DNA of 64,000 nucleotides, taken from the NCBI GenBank assembly GCA_030649895.1, contig JAUSEX010000031.1:2620-66619 (forward strand), read 5' to 3'. Shown piece after piece: positions 29,417 to 38,329 of the stretch (its first letter is position 1; each line of letters opens with the position of its first letter). The notes beneath the pieces were generated by a model, which saw only the letters and a list, made by a program, of their open reading frames with translations, searched no databases and was not told the origin of the DNA. The translations under genes and the position numbers were made by a program. Origin of the DNA: Candidatus Omnitrophota bacterium. GTDB lineage: Bacteria; Omnitrophota; Gorgyraeia; Gorgyraeales; Gorgyraeaceae.

Positions 29417-31027
29417 ATGAAAAAAGAAACGAAGGAGAAAAAGGCGCTGAATATCGAAGGCCAGCTAGATAAACTGGTGGCCATAGGCAGGAAAAAGGGA
29501 CATCTCACCTATGAAGAGATCAATGGTTTCCTTCCGGAAGACGTTGTTTCTCCCGAACAAATAGAGAAGGTCTTCGCTGTCCTGGAGAAGGAGAACATAG
29601 AGGTGGTTGACGCAGAAGAAGAATTAAAACCTGCGAACAAAGAAGAAGAGGCTGAAGAAGGCAAGCAGATATTTGATAAAGACAGGCGGATTGTAGCAGA
29701 ACCTGGCGAGGCGCGTGAGCCTGTAGTGGATATAGGCATAGAGGATCCCGTGAAGATGTATCTCAGGCAGATGGGTCAAATACCGCTTCTTTCCAGGCAG
29801 GATGAAATAAGACTTGCCCAGGAAATAGAAAAGGCGGAAGAGGATTACAAGAGGTCTATATTAAGTTCGCCTTTTGTAAAAGACGAAGTCCTTGCTCTTA
29901 GCAACAGGATCCTTTCCAGAAGCGTAAACATGGACGAGATTATAAAGGAAGACCCTAAGATAAAAACAGAAATTCTGATATTTAAAAAGATCACGAATCT
30001 AGTGCGCAGAATCAGGGCTGCCAGGAAAGGGTCTAATATCATGGAGTTGTGCCTGGAGTTTAATTTTTGCATTTCCATTGTAGATGATATGGCTAACGGT
30101 ATAAAGATGGCAATTTCCGAGATTGACGCCATTGACAAAGAGATGCAGAGGATGAGAAAGCGCAGGATAAAAGGCAGTATACAGAGTTTTGAGAAAAGAA
30201 AAAAGGACATAGAGTCCAGGTTTGGCAAAAAGATAGACGATATAAAGAAAGATTATGCGCTTATCAGAAAGAAGGCCTTGAGGTTTAATAGGGTTAAAAA
30301 GGCCATGGTAGAGGCGAATCTGAGGCTTGTTGTGAGCATTGCTAAGAAGTATACCAACAGGGGTCTTTCTTTTCTGGACTTGATCCAGGAAGGAAATATA
30401 GGCTTAATGAAGGCTGTTGAGAAATTTGAATACAGGCGCGGGTATAAGTTTTCTACGTATGCTACCTGGTGGATAAGGCAGGCGGTTACCCGCTCAATAG
30501 CTGATCAGGCCCGCACTATCAGGATACCTGTTCATATGACAGAGACTATCAATAAGCTTATAAGGGTTTCCAGGATCCTGGTTCAGGAAAATGGCAAGGA
30601 GCCTACGGCAGAAGAGATCGCTCATGAGATGAGGATGGGCGTTGAAAAGGTAAGAAGCATCCTTAAAATAGCTCAGGAGCCTATTTCTCTGCAGACTCCC
30701 ATAGGCGATGAAGGCGATACCAATTTCGGCGATTTTATAGAGGATAAAAGGGCTGTTTCTCCTGCGAATGCCACTGCTTATACTATCTTAAAAGAAGAGA
30801 TGGATAACATACTTAATACACTTACAGAAAGAGAAAAGAGGGTATTAAGGCTGAGGTTTGGAATAGGCGATGGTTATCCCAGGACGCTTGAAGAAGTTGG
30901 CAGCATATTCAATGTGACCAGGGAGAGGGTCAGGCAGATAGAGGCAAAGGCGCTGAGGAAACTAAGGCATCCTACGAGGTCCAGGAGGCTTAAGAATTTC
31001 CTTGAAATAGCTTTTAGCCAGGAGTAA
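29417..31027 (+). CDS. rpoD: RNA polymerase sigma factor RpoD (sigma-70)
   Basis: 536 aa. Regions 1.2-4.2, including [19 protein letters not shown] (region 2), [27 protein letters not shown], and a region 4 HTH. Confidence 0.92.
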   Translation: MKKETKEKKALNIEGQLDKLVAIGRKKGHLTYEEINGFLPEDVVSPEQIEKVFAVLEKENIEVVDAEEELKPANKEEEAEEGKQIFDKDRRIVAEPGEAREPVVDIGIEDPVKMYLRQMGQIPLLSRQDEIRLAQEIEKAEEDYKRSILSSPFVKDEVLALSNRILSRSVNMDEIIKEDPKIKTEILIFKKITNLVRRIRAARKGSNIMELCLEFNFCISIVDDMANGIKMAISEIDAIDKEMQRMRKRRIKGSIQSFEKRKKDIESRFGKKIDDIKKDYALIRKKALRFNRVKKAMVEANLRLVVSIAKKYTNRGLSFLDLIQEGNIGLMKAVEKFEYRRGYKFSTYATWWIRQAVTRSIADQARTIRIPVHMTETINKLIRVSRILVQENGKEPTAEEIAHEMRMGVEKVRSILKIAQEPISLQTPIGDEGDTNFGDFIEDKRAVSPANATAYTILKEEMDNILNTLTEREKRVLRLRFGIGDGYPRTLEEVGSIFNVTRERVRQIEAKALRKLRHPTRSRRLKNFLEIAFSQE

Positions 31028-31050
31028 GCCTTGCCGATAGTTAAGAAATA

Positions 31051-31085
31051 AAAGGGGCTGGATTTTATCCAGCCCCTTTTTCTTG
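31051..31085 (+). terminator. rho-independent terminator after rpoD
   Basis: aaaggggctggat-ttta-tccagcccctttttcttg. A second perfect 12-bp hairpin (atgaggggttcc-ggg-ggaacccctcat, 31100-31126) follows. Confidence 0.75.
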
Positions 31086-31144
31086 TTCGCTGAACCATAA
31101 TGAGGGGTTCCGGGGGAACCCCTCATGACGAAAGAGTTAAAATC

Positions 31145-31999
31145 ATGGTTAAAAAGTTTCTCATAGCTTTAATTATTTCCGGATTATTAGCGAAGCCTTG
31201 TTTTGCAGATTTCAGGTTTGCTGTTATAGGCGATACCAGGGGCGATAGCTCTAGCGGGATTAATGTCAAGGTAATGAAAGCTATTCTGGAAAAAATAAAA
31301 CAAGAGAAAGTGGATTTTATTATAGTCACGGGAGATATGATAACCGGATCTACGAAAACCAGCACCCATAGAAGCAGATTAAAAAAATGGAAAGACATTA
31401 TTGAAAGGTACAGGGTGCCTTTTTATGTAGGCGTTGGAAACCATGAGATAGAATCAGAGCTGTCTCAAAATATAGTGAAGTCAATTTTTGAAATGCCTGA
31501 AAACGGGCCACCTGATTTTAAAGAATTGGTATATTCTTTTGATCATAAAAATACCCACTTTATAATGCTTGATACGGAGATTTTTAATAGTTTTCATGTC
31601 TTAGGCAAAGTTCAGATGAAATGGCTCAGAGAAGATCTGAAAAAAAATCAGGAAAAACCCATTTTCGTATTTGGCCATGACCCAGCTTACCCTGTCTATA
31701 GTCACATAGGCAGTTCTCTGGATAAGGATCCGGCGCAAAGAAATGAACTATGGGCTGTATTAAAAAAATACAAGGTCGGTGCTTATATCTGCGGCCATGA
31801 GCATCTATTCAATAGGGGCATTCATGACGGCGTTTATCAGGTGATAACAGGAGGCGGAGGAGCTCATTTATCTGTCCCGAAAGAACAGGGTGGATTTTAT
31901 AATTTCATAATTATAGACGTGAAGGATGCCGGGGCAACTCTTGTTACCGTCAAAGATATAAACGGTTCCGTAAGAGATATTTTTAAGATTGCTCCGTGA
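31145..31999 (+). CDS. secreted calcineurin-like metallophosphoesterase
   Basis: Start moved to MVKKFLIALIIS (signal peptide). The track start 31100 lies inside the terminator hairpins. Motifs GDTRGD, GDMI, GNHE, GHEH. Confidence 0.7.
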   Translation: MVKKFLIALIISGLLAKPCFADFRFAVIGDTRGDSSSGINVKVMKAILEKIKQEKVDFIIVTGDMITGSTKTSTHRSRLKKWKDIIERYRVPFYVGVGNHEIESELSQNIVKSIFEMPENGPPDFKELVYSFDHKNTHFIMLDTEIFNSFHVLGKVQMKWLREDLKKNQEKPIFVFGHDPAYPVYSHIGSSLDKDPAQRNELWAVLKKYKVGAYICGHEHLFNRGIHDGVYQVITGGGGAHLSVPKEQGGFYNFIIIDVKDAGATLVTVKDINGSVRDIFKIAP

Positions 32000-32205
32000 T
32001 TTACTAAACATTTTTCAAGGAGTGTGTGCGAATCTGGATAATTATATTGCCTTCCGAAGAGATCTTTTCTTTATAATTCAAATTTTGTAATACTGTCAAT
32101 GTTAGGTAGCGCTACAATGAGCTCTTGCCAGCCCTGGCGCTTACGTAATATGTTACCTGACTCTTCAAATAGTACAGATTCATAGAATTTTACTCTTGTC
32201 ATAAT

Positions 32206-32234
32206 ATAATTCAGGTGGTATAATTTATGACTTA
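32206..32234 (+). promoter_or_regulatory. sigma-70-like promoter (TTGTCA-17-TATAAT) driving tRNA-Met
   Basis: TTGTCA at 32206-32211, TATAAT at 32229-32234. The tRNA starts 12 nt downstream. Confidence 0.6.
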
Positions 32235-32245
32235 CGGGCCCATAG

Positions 32246-32322
32246 CTCAGTTGGTTAGAGCACCTGACTCATAATCAGGTGGTCCAAGGTTCAAGTCCTT
32301 GTGGGCCCACCATGTTATTTTA
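32246..32322 (+). tRNA. tRNA-Met or tRNA-Ile2 (anticodon CAT)
   Basis: GGGCCCATAGCTCAGTTGGTTAGAGCACCTGACTCATAATCAGGTGGTCCAAGGTTCAAGTCCTTGTGGGCCCACCA. Anticodon loop CTCATAA, CCA encoded. An elongator-type anticodon stem cannot separate Met from lysidine-Ile. Confidence 0.85.
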
Positions 32323-32455
32323 CAATTTAAGATAGGGCTTTAAAAGGACTTGAAGTGAGTCCCGCTAGATGCGACAAATAGGAGCATCTGTTTAGCGGGA
32401 CGAGTGGCCGACCCTGAGCCCTTCGCTGTGTTCAGGATAAACTCCGCGAAGGGCG

Positions 32456-32476
32456 CCAAGTCCTTGTGGGCCCACC
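32456..32476 (+). repeat. direct duplicate of the 3' end of tRNA-Met (T-stem 3' strand + acceptor 3' strand)
   Basis: caagtccttgtgggcccacc (20 nt) is identical to 32303-32322. This is a partial tRNA 3' copy 134 nt downstream, like the att-site scar of a tRNA-targeting integrative element. Confidence 0.55.
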
Positions 32477-32582
32477 GATTTCGCTGAAAGCGAAATCGAT
32501 CTTGAGAATACGACCGAATAGAGAGTATTCGAAGGACCTAAAGGATTAGTAAGCTAGATAGAATAAAGAATAAGCAAGCGTA

Positions 32583-32661
32583 GGTCCTTCAGTGCCTATG
32601 ATCTTCCTTTTTGTAGGATTGTTTAACGGCGCTTCAGGATCCAAATTTGCTTTGCAAATTT
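32583..32661 (+). repeat. conserved ~80-nt tRNA leader element (second copy at 13153-13232)
   Basis: The two leaders (before tRNA-Val and tRNA-Ala) align at ~75-80% identity. Both begin GGTC(C/T)TTCAG and end with a perfect hairpin (caaatttgc-ttt-gcaaatttg) abutting the tRNA 5' end. Confidence 0.6.
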
Positions 32662-32737
32662 GGGCGATTAGCTCAGCTGGTTAGAGTGCTGCCTTCACAT
32701 GGCAGAGGTCACTGGTTCGAGCCCAGTATCGCCCACC
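32662..32737 (+). tRNA. tRNA-Val (anticodon CAC)
   Basis: GGGCGATTAGCTCAGCTGGTTAGAGTGCTGCCTTCACATGGCAGAGGTCACTGGTTCGAGCCCAGTATCGCCCACC. Anticodon loop TTCACAT. 3' CC encoded, followed by G. Confidence 0.85.
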
Positions 32738-32828
32738 GATTTCGCCGGAAACGAAATCGATCCTGAAAAAGCGACGAATAGGAGCTTCTGAAGGACCTGT
32801 TAAAATAGGCATAATATAAGGAGATCAT

Positions 32829-33563
32829 TTGGAGCAAAAACCGATTAAAGGGCAGATAGGACTATTGATAGAACTTCAGGCCTTGGATACCCAGATCTAT
32901 GCTTTTAACAGGGAAAAGGCATCTACGCCAGGTTATCTGAAAGCAATCGATGATATGCTTGAATCTAAGAAGGCAGGCATTAAGCAGGCGGAGGATAGCT
33001 TAAAAGGCGTCCAGCTGAAATTAAAAGAAAAAGAAGGGAGCCTTCAGCAGAAAGAAGATCAGATAAAAAAACTGCAAGGCCAGCTTTATACATTGAAGAC
33101 GAATAAAGAATATTCTACCATGCTTGCCGAGATAGAGGGTATTAAGGCGGATAATTCTCTGATAGAAGAAGATATTATTAAATTTATGGACGAGATAGAG
33201 TTTGCCAGGAAGAAGATATCGGAAGAGAAAGAGCTCTACAGGATTGAAGAGGCTAGATCTCAGAAGGATAAAGAGATTATTAATTTAAAGGCCAAAGATA
33301 TAGAGGCGGCCCTTTCAACGCTTAATGAAAAAAGAAACGTCATAGCCCCTAATATAGAAAAACAGGTGATATCCAAGTATGAGAAGACTCTGAAGAATAA
33401 AGACGGCCTTGCAATAGTGCCTGTTGAAAACGGTTCCTGCGGCGGGTGTCATATGGGCCTTCCTCCTCAGGTTATAAGCGATGTAAAATTAAGAGAGGAT
33501 ATAATTATCTGCGGCAGTTGCCTGAGGATACTTTATATGGAGGACAATGTCGAAATCAATTAA
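32829..33563 (+). CDS. COG1579-family zinc-ribbon coiled-coil protein
   Basis: 244 aa. Long coiled coil plus C-terminal CGGCHMGLPPQ...CGSC zinc ribbon. Typical partner gene of rnhA. Confidence 0.65.
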   Translation: MEQKPIKGQIGLLIELQALDTQIYAFNREKASTPGYLKAIDDMLESKKAGIKQAEDSLKGVQLKLKEKEGSLQQKEDQIKKLQGQLYTLKTNKEYSTMLAEIEGIKADNSLIEEDIIKFMDEIEFARKKISEEKELYRIEEARSQKDKEIINLKAKDIEAALSTLNEKRNVIAPNIEKQVISKYEKTLKNKDGLAIVPVENGSCGGCHMGLPPQVISDVKLREDIIICGSCLRILYMEDNVEIN

Positions 33564-33975
33564 TATATTTATAGACGGCGCATCAAGAGGAAATCCCGGG
33601 CCTTCGGGCATAGGCATAGTATTTTGCGACGATCAGGACAAGGTTGTTAAAAAGTTATTTAAATTTATAGGAAACGCTACCAATAATGTGGCGGAATACT
33701 CAGCGCTTATATACGCTATGCAGGAAGCGCTGATAGATAGATATGACGATGTAAAGGTAAAGTCCGACAGCGAATTGCTAACCAGGCAGCTGACAGGAGA
33801 ATATAAAGTAAAAAATGATAACCTCAGGCCTTATTACGATATGTTTCAGCATATTGCGAGAGGCTTCAATAAGATAGAAGTTATCTCTATAGCCAGAGAA
33901 ATAAATTCAATAGCAGATAAGCTTGCAAATAAAGCGATAGATTCCAGGTTTGACAGTTCTTTAAAAATAGAATAG
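33547..33975 (+). CDS. rnhA: ribonuclease HI
   Basis: 142 aa. IFIDGASRGNPGPSGIGIV (catalytic Asp), AEYSALIYAM (catalytic Glu), and the DS...D motif of the RNase H1 fold. Confidence 0.8.
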   Translation: MSKSINIFIDGASRGNPGPSGIGIVFCDDQDKVVKKLFKFIGNATNNVAEYSALIYAMQEALIDRYDDVKVKSDSELLTRQLTGEYKVKNDNLRPYYDMFQHIARGFNKIEVISIAREINSIADKLANKAIDSRFDSSLKIE

Positions 33976-34383
33976 GCGTAGGCTGGATGATCGCGTTGGC
34001 TTATAACCAGATAGCTGAAAGATCCTTCGGCGCTTTGCGCCTCAGGATCATCGGCATAAATTTTGGCACTAGGGCCGATGAGGAAAGTCCGGGCTCCAAA
34101 GGGCAGCGTAGCGGGTAACGCCCGTCGTCACGCCCCTTAAATATACGCGTGATAGGATAAGAGCCACAGAGACGAGTTCCGCTGTTAAAAATTCGGCGGA
34201 GGTGAAACGAGGTAATCTCTACGCGGAGCAAGGCCAAATAGGTCCGGCTGAAAGAGCTGCCCGCTCGTAATAGCTGGACGGGTAGGTTGCATGATTCCGG
34301 CAGCAATGCCGGGGCATAGATAGATGATCGTCGCAATCAGCGCTTGGCGCTGATTGACAGAACCCGGCTTACAGGCCTGCGCC
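33976..34383 (+). ncRNA. rnpB: RNase P RNA (bacterial type A)
   Basis: Contains the universally conserved P4 strands GAGGAAAGTCCGGGCTCC (34076-34093) and ACAGAACCCGGCTTA (34358-34372). GGGCAG.GTAACGCC and GGAGCAAGGCCAAATAGG blocks align to E. coli M1 RNA. The 5' GGCGTAGGCTG pairs with the 3' CAGGCCTGCGCC (P1). The antisense track ORF 34001-34336 is spurious. Confidence 0.9.
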
Positions 34384-34506
34384 TATATATTCTTCGAGCG
34401 AGGCCGAAGGCCGAGTCGAGAAGTCTGCACCGAGTTATGTTGAAGAGCTCTCGATTCGCGGAGTTTATCCTGAGCGAAGCGAAGGGCTCGCTCGAACACT
34501 ATTAAA

Positions 34507-35460
34507 ATGCGTAAAATAATAATTTTTTTAATGCTAATGTTAATATCCGCTACTCTTTACGCGGACACTGTTATTTTAAAAAACAGGACAAAGGTAAAGG
34601 GGCTTGTGGTAGATGAGTATGTTGACAGGATTGCCCTAAGCACTGCGGAAGGGGAAGAGCATATCCTGCGTAAAGACATAGACAGGGTAGAATACGATAC
34701 TCCTGAGCAGAATTTTATGCAGCTGGGGAGGGCATATGACGAAAAAGGCTGGTATGACAAGGCAGTTTTTTATTATAAAAAGGCCATGGATATAAACCCG
34801 GATTATAAAGAGGCCAGAGACGCTTATGTTGCGAGCCACGCAAAAATGTGGCGCGAAGAAGAAAAAAGGACAAAAAAAGACATAGATCTCCATAATATGG
34901 CCAAAGAATGGCAGGAGAGGAAAAGCAGGAAGGAGCCGGTTGTAGTTAAAAGCAAGAAAAATATTGTGAAGGAGAGCCTTGGTATTAGTTTAGTGGAACA
35001 TGAAGGCGTTTTCAGTATAAACGATGTGGTCGCGGGCTCAAGCGCGGCCAAGGCAGGTATCCAAAAAGGCGATTTTCTTGTAGGTATATGGGGAAGGCTT
35101 ATACGCTATAGCAAGCTCGAAGACATTCTGGGAGAGTTGATAGGGCCAAAATATTCCGAAGTGAAGATTCTCGCAGAAAGGAACATCCCTGTTCCAGTAG
35201 AAGCAGGGGTTAACACGTATAAGGAGTTAGGCGTGTCTCTTGGTTTTGAATATGAAGGCCTTTTGATAAAAGACATCGCTTCAGGCAAAAAAGGAGAGCT
35301 GTCAGGGCTCAAAAAAAGCGACCTTGTGATAGCCATCGATAAAAATATTACAAGATATCTCCCGCTGGATAGCGTCATTTCTCTGATAAATAACCCTAAA
35401 GGCGATAAAATAGTTTTTACGGTCAGAAGAAATATAAACTTGAGAAGAGAGGGGGAATAA
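34507..35460 (+). CDS. secreted TPR + tandem PDZ domain protein
   Basis: 317 aa. Signal peptide, one TPR-like repeat, two PDZ-like segments (GISLVEHEGVFSINDVVAGSSAAKAGIQKGDFLV; GVSLGFEYEGLLIKDIASGKKGELSGLKKSDLV). Confidence 0.6.
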   Translation: MRKIIIFLMLMLISATLYADTVILKNRTKVKGLVVDEYVDRIALSTAEGEEHILRKDIDRVEYDTPEQNFMQLGRAYDEKGWYDKAVFYYKKAMDINPDYKEARDAYVASHAKMWREEEKRTKKDIDLHNMAKEWQERKSRKEPVVVKSKKNIVKESLGISLVEHEGVFSINDVVAGSSAAKAGIQKGDFLVGIWGRLIRYSKLEDILGELIGPKYSEVKILAERNIPVPVEAGVNTYKELGVSLGFEYEGLLIKDIASGKKGELSGLKKSDLVIAIDKNITRYLPLDSVISLINNPKGDKIVFTVRRNINLRREGE

Positions 35461-36056
35461 TGCCAAGGCCTATTTTCAGAAGAAGAAAATATATAATACA
35501 AAAAGGCTTGCAGTTTCGTTACATAGGGTTGGTTTTTGGGCTAGCGCTTATAGCGTCAATAGTCACCGGCTGGACCGTGTTTGCGACAGGGTGGCATTTT
35601 CTCGGAGAAAAGCTTGCGAGCGTTTATCCCCAAGGGCGGCTGGTATACGTGCTCAGGGCTACAAATCTGGCTTTATTGCGCAATCTTTTATTGATATCGC
35701 CTCTGATTTTCATACTAGGGCTTTTATTTTCCCACAGGATAGCGGGGCCTGTTTACAGGATAAGCAAAACGCTTGAGGAAATTATAAAAGGAAATCTTGG
35801 CCTCAAGATAAAACTAAGAGAAGGCGATGAACTTGTGGACCTGGCTGATATGATAAATAGGCTTACGGAAAGTTTCAACAATACCGTGGTTATAGATAAA
35901 GATATAGCAATAAAAATAGAAAAGGACTTAGAAGAGATAAAAAAACTTCTCGCCGGACAGCCGTGCGATTATGCTAAAATAGAATTGCTGGTAAACTCTA
36001 TTCATGCGAAATCTAAAGAACTATCCTCATCATTCAGCAAGTGGACTGTTGCGTAA
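35460..36056 (+). CDS. membrane protein with HAMP-like domain
   Basis: 198 aa. Two TM helices flank a short loop, then an amphipathic HAMP-like segment (IAGPVYRISKTLEEIIKGNLGLKIKLREGDELVDLADMINRL). Confidence 0.4.
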   Translation: MPRPIFRRRKYIIQKGLQFRYIGLVFGLALIASIVTGWTVFATGWHFLGEKLASVYPQGRLVYVLRATNLALLRNLLLISPLIFILGLLFSHRIAGPVYRISKTLEEIIKGNLGLKIKLREGDELVDLADMINRLTESFNNTVVIDKDIAIKIEKDLEEIKKLLAGQPCDYAKIELLVNSIHAKSKELSSSFSKWTVA

Positions 36057-36115
36057 ATAATATTAAATAGACCAGCCTATGCGTTTAGCGGATGCTGTTG
36101 TAAGCAGGTGACGCT

Positions 36116-36144
36116 ATGTTGACAACAGGGTATTTTTTTGTTAA
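36116..36144 (+). promoter_or_regulatory. sigma-70-like promoter (TTGACA-17-TAAACT) upstream of the GT4 gene
   Basis: TTGACA at 36116-36121, TAAACT at 36139-36144. Start codon 15 nt downstream, so a short leader. Confidence 0.35.
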
Positions 36145-36158
36145 ACTAATAGATACTT

Positions 36159-37325
36159 ATGCGTATATGTCATGTGATAACAAAGCCTGAACTAGGCGGG
36201 GCGCAGCTTTCCACTCTAAATCTTATCTTGAACCTTCCAAAAGACAAATATCAGATATCTGTAATTACTTCTCCCCGGGGTATCTTAAACCCAGACTTTA
36301 AAAATCTAGAGAACAGTAAGGCCTATTTTTCGTCTTTTTTAATAAGGCAGTTAAATCCAATATTAGATATATTGGCATTAATACATATATATCTTATATA
36401 TAGATCTAATGAGTTTAAAATCATTCATACTCATAGTTCAAAGGCAGGGATTGTAGGAAGATGGGCGGCATTTATTTATAATATAACAATATTTGGCTCC
36501 AGGCTTAAGGCTGAAGGCTCTAGGGTTGTACATACAGTTCATGGGTGGCCTTTTAATGATTATCAGCCGTTTTTAGTAAAGAGATTTTATATTTTTCTTG
36601 AGAGGATCACGGCAACTTTCACTACAAAAATTATATGCGTTTCAAAAAAGGATATAGAAACAGGCTTAAAATATAAAATAGCGCCAAGAGATAAATTTGT
36701 CCTGATAAAATACGGGATACCGCTTGATCGGTTCAAGAATTCCAATGGCAACGGAGCGGATAAAAAGAGAGAATTGGGGGTTAATAATAATGACCCTGTT
36801 GTCGGGATGATTTCCTGCCTTAAGCCTCAGAAATCCCCAGTGGATTATGTCAGGGCGTGTATAACTGTTTACAGCAGAATGCCTAATGTGAATTTCCTAT
36901 TGATAGGAGACGGTGTTTTAAGAAACAGGTGCAAGTCAGAGCTTAAAGGGTCATCCCTGAACGGCAGGTTTATTTTTACTGGCTGGAGGAAGGATATTTC
37001 TGATATTCTGGATATTATTGACATAGTGGTCCTTACTAGCAAGTGGGAGGGCCTTCCTATTGCTATAATAGAGGCGCTTAGTAAGGGCAAGCCTGTAGTG
37101 GCAACTGATGCCGGCGGCATGCGGGAACTGGTTAAAGACGGGATCACTGGATATATTACCAGGCCGGGAGATTACAAGGATACAGCTGAGAGGATATTAA
37201 GTATTCTCGAAAATAGAGATTCTTTTTTGAAAATGCAAAGAGAGGCAGCGGAATCAATAGACGATTCATTTGATATTAATGCAATGGCAATCAATATGGA
37301 TAATCTATACAGGAGGCTGGCATGA
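36159..37325 (+). CDS. family 4 glycosyltransferase (GT-B)
   Basis: 388 aa. EGLPIAIIEALSKGKPVVATDAGGMRELV is the E-x7-E GT4 signature region. Confidence 0.8.
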   Translation: MRICHVITKPELGGAQLSTLNLILNLPKDKYQISVITSPRGILNPDFKNLENSKAYFSSFLIRQLNPILDILALIHIYLIYRSNEFKIIHTHSSKAGIVGRWAAFIYNITIFGSRLKAEGSRVVHTVHGWPFNDYQPFLVKRFYIFLERITATFTTKIICVSKKDIETGLKYKIAPRDKFVLIKYGIPLDRFKNSNGNGADKKRELGVNNNDPVVGMISCLKPQKSPVDYVRACITVYSRMPNVNFLLIGDGVLRNRCKSELKGSSLNGRFIFTGWRKDISDILDIIDIVVLTSKWEGLPIAIIEALSKGKPVVATDAGGMRELVKDGITGYITRPGDYKDTAERILSILENRDSFLKMQREAAESIDDSFDINAMAINMDNLYRRLA

Positions 37326-38314
37326 TTTTATTCTACACGGTATTGTGCTCTTTTATTTTAAGCCTTTTATTGGTCCCCATTACTATAAGAATAAGCGCCA
37401 GGTTCAATATATTAAAACCGGCGAAAGATAAGAATGGCAAACCTTGCATAGGAGGGGCGGGTATTTACATGGCGTTCCTCGCAGCGGTTTTAACCAGCCT
37501 GTTTTTCATTAAATTGCCTGCTGTGAAATTATCAGGGATTATATTGTCTTCTTCCGTGATATTGCTGCTCGGATTGATAGACGACATAAAAGATCTCAGG
37601 CCTATGCTTAAAATATCAGGAGAGTTGCTGGGCATAGGCGTTCTTATATTTTTTGGATTTTTTACTAAAATAGCATTTCTACCAGGATGGGCGAATATAT
37701 TAATCACAACGGCGTGGCTTTTATTTATAACTAACGCATTTAATCTGCTTGATATAATGGATGGCTTGACGTCAGGCCTGGTAATTATCGTATCTTTGAG
37801 TTTACTGATAGTAGCGTTTATAAATAAAGATATTTTTTCCTGCGTTATTCTCGCGGCTCTTATAGGAGCTCACGCAGGATTTTTAAGATATAATTATCCT
37901 CCCGCCAGTGTTTACATGGGAGATACGGGCAGCCTTTTTTCAGGATTTTTGCTGGCAATGGTAGCTATAAATATCAGCTACGCTCCCATAGAAAGACAGA
38001 TCGCGCTTTTTACGCCTATTTTAGCGATGAGCCTTCCTATCTACGATACATTGTTTCTAATAGTCATGCGTATTAAAAAGAAAAAGCCTATTTTTAACAA
38101 AACAAGAGACCATTTTGTATTAAGGCTTGTGACTATGGGGTGCAGCATAAAAAAAAGTATCTGGATAATGTATTTTTTCAGCGTATTACTGGCGCTATCA
38201 GTAATAATAGTCGCTTTCAGCAATAATTTGACAGGGTTTGTCATGCTGTTGGTTATCGGGCTGGCGTTTATTTTAATGGGGAAAAAAGTCGGGATGGTAA
38301 ATATAGACGATTAG
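37322..38314 (+). CDS. polyprenyl-phosphate sugar-1-phosphate transferase (WecA/MraY/TagO family)
   Basis: 330 aa, ~10 TM helices. NAFNLLDIMDGLTSG and MGDTGSLFSGFLLA motifs of the PNPT (GT4-MraY-like) superfamily. Initiating enzyme of an undecaprenyl-linked glycan. Confidence 0.85.
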   Translation: MILFYTVLCSFILSLLLVPITIRISARFNILKPAKDKNGKPCIGGAGIYMAFLAAVLTSLFFIKLPAVKLSGIILSSSVILLLGLIDDIKDLRPMLKISGELLGIGVLIFFGFFTKIAFLPGWANILITTAWLLFITNAFNLLDIMDGLTSGLVIIVSLSLLIVAFINKDIFSCVILAALIGAHAGFLRYNYPPASVYMGDTGSLFSGFLLAMVAINISYAPIERQIALFTPILAMSLPIYDTLFLIVMRIKKKKPIFNKTRDHFVLRLVTMGCSIKKSIWIMYFFSVLLALSVIIVAFSNNLTGFVMLLVIGLAFILMGKKVGMVNIDD

Positions 38315-38329
38315 TGTCTTAGAAAAAAT

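Noticed and set aside
32246-32322. calling the CAT tRNA an initiator tRNA-fMet
   Set aside because: The anticodon stem is CCTGA/TCAGG, not the three consecutive G-C pairs typical of initiators, and 1:72 appears paired. Elongator Met or Ile2 is more likely.
34001-34336. 111-aa minus-strand ORF
   Set aside because: It lies entirely antisense within the RNase P RNA gene. The RNA signatures explain the region, and there is no RBS or domain.
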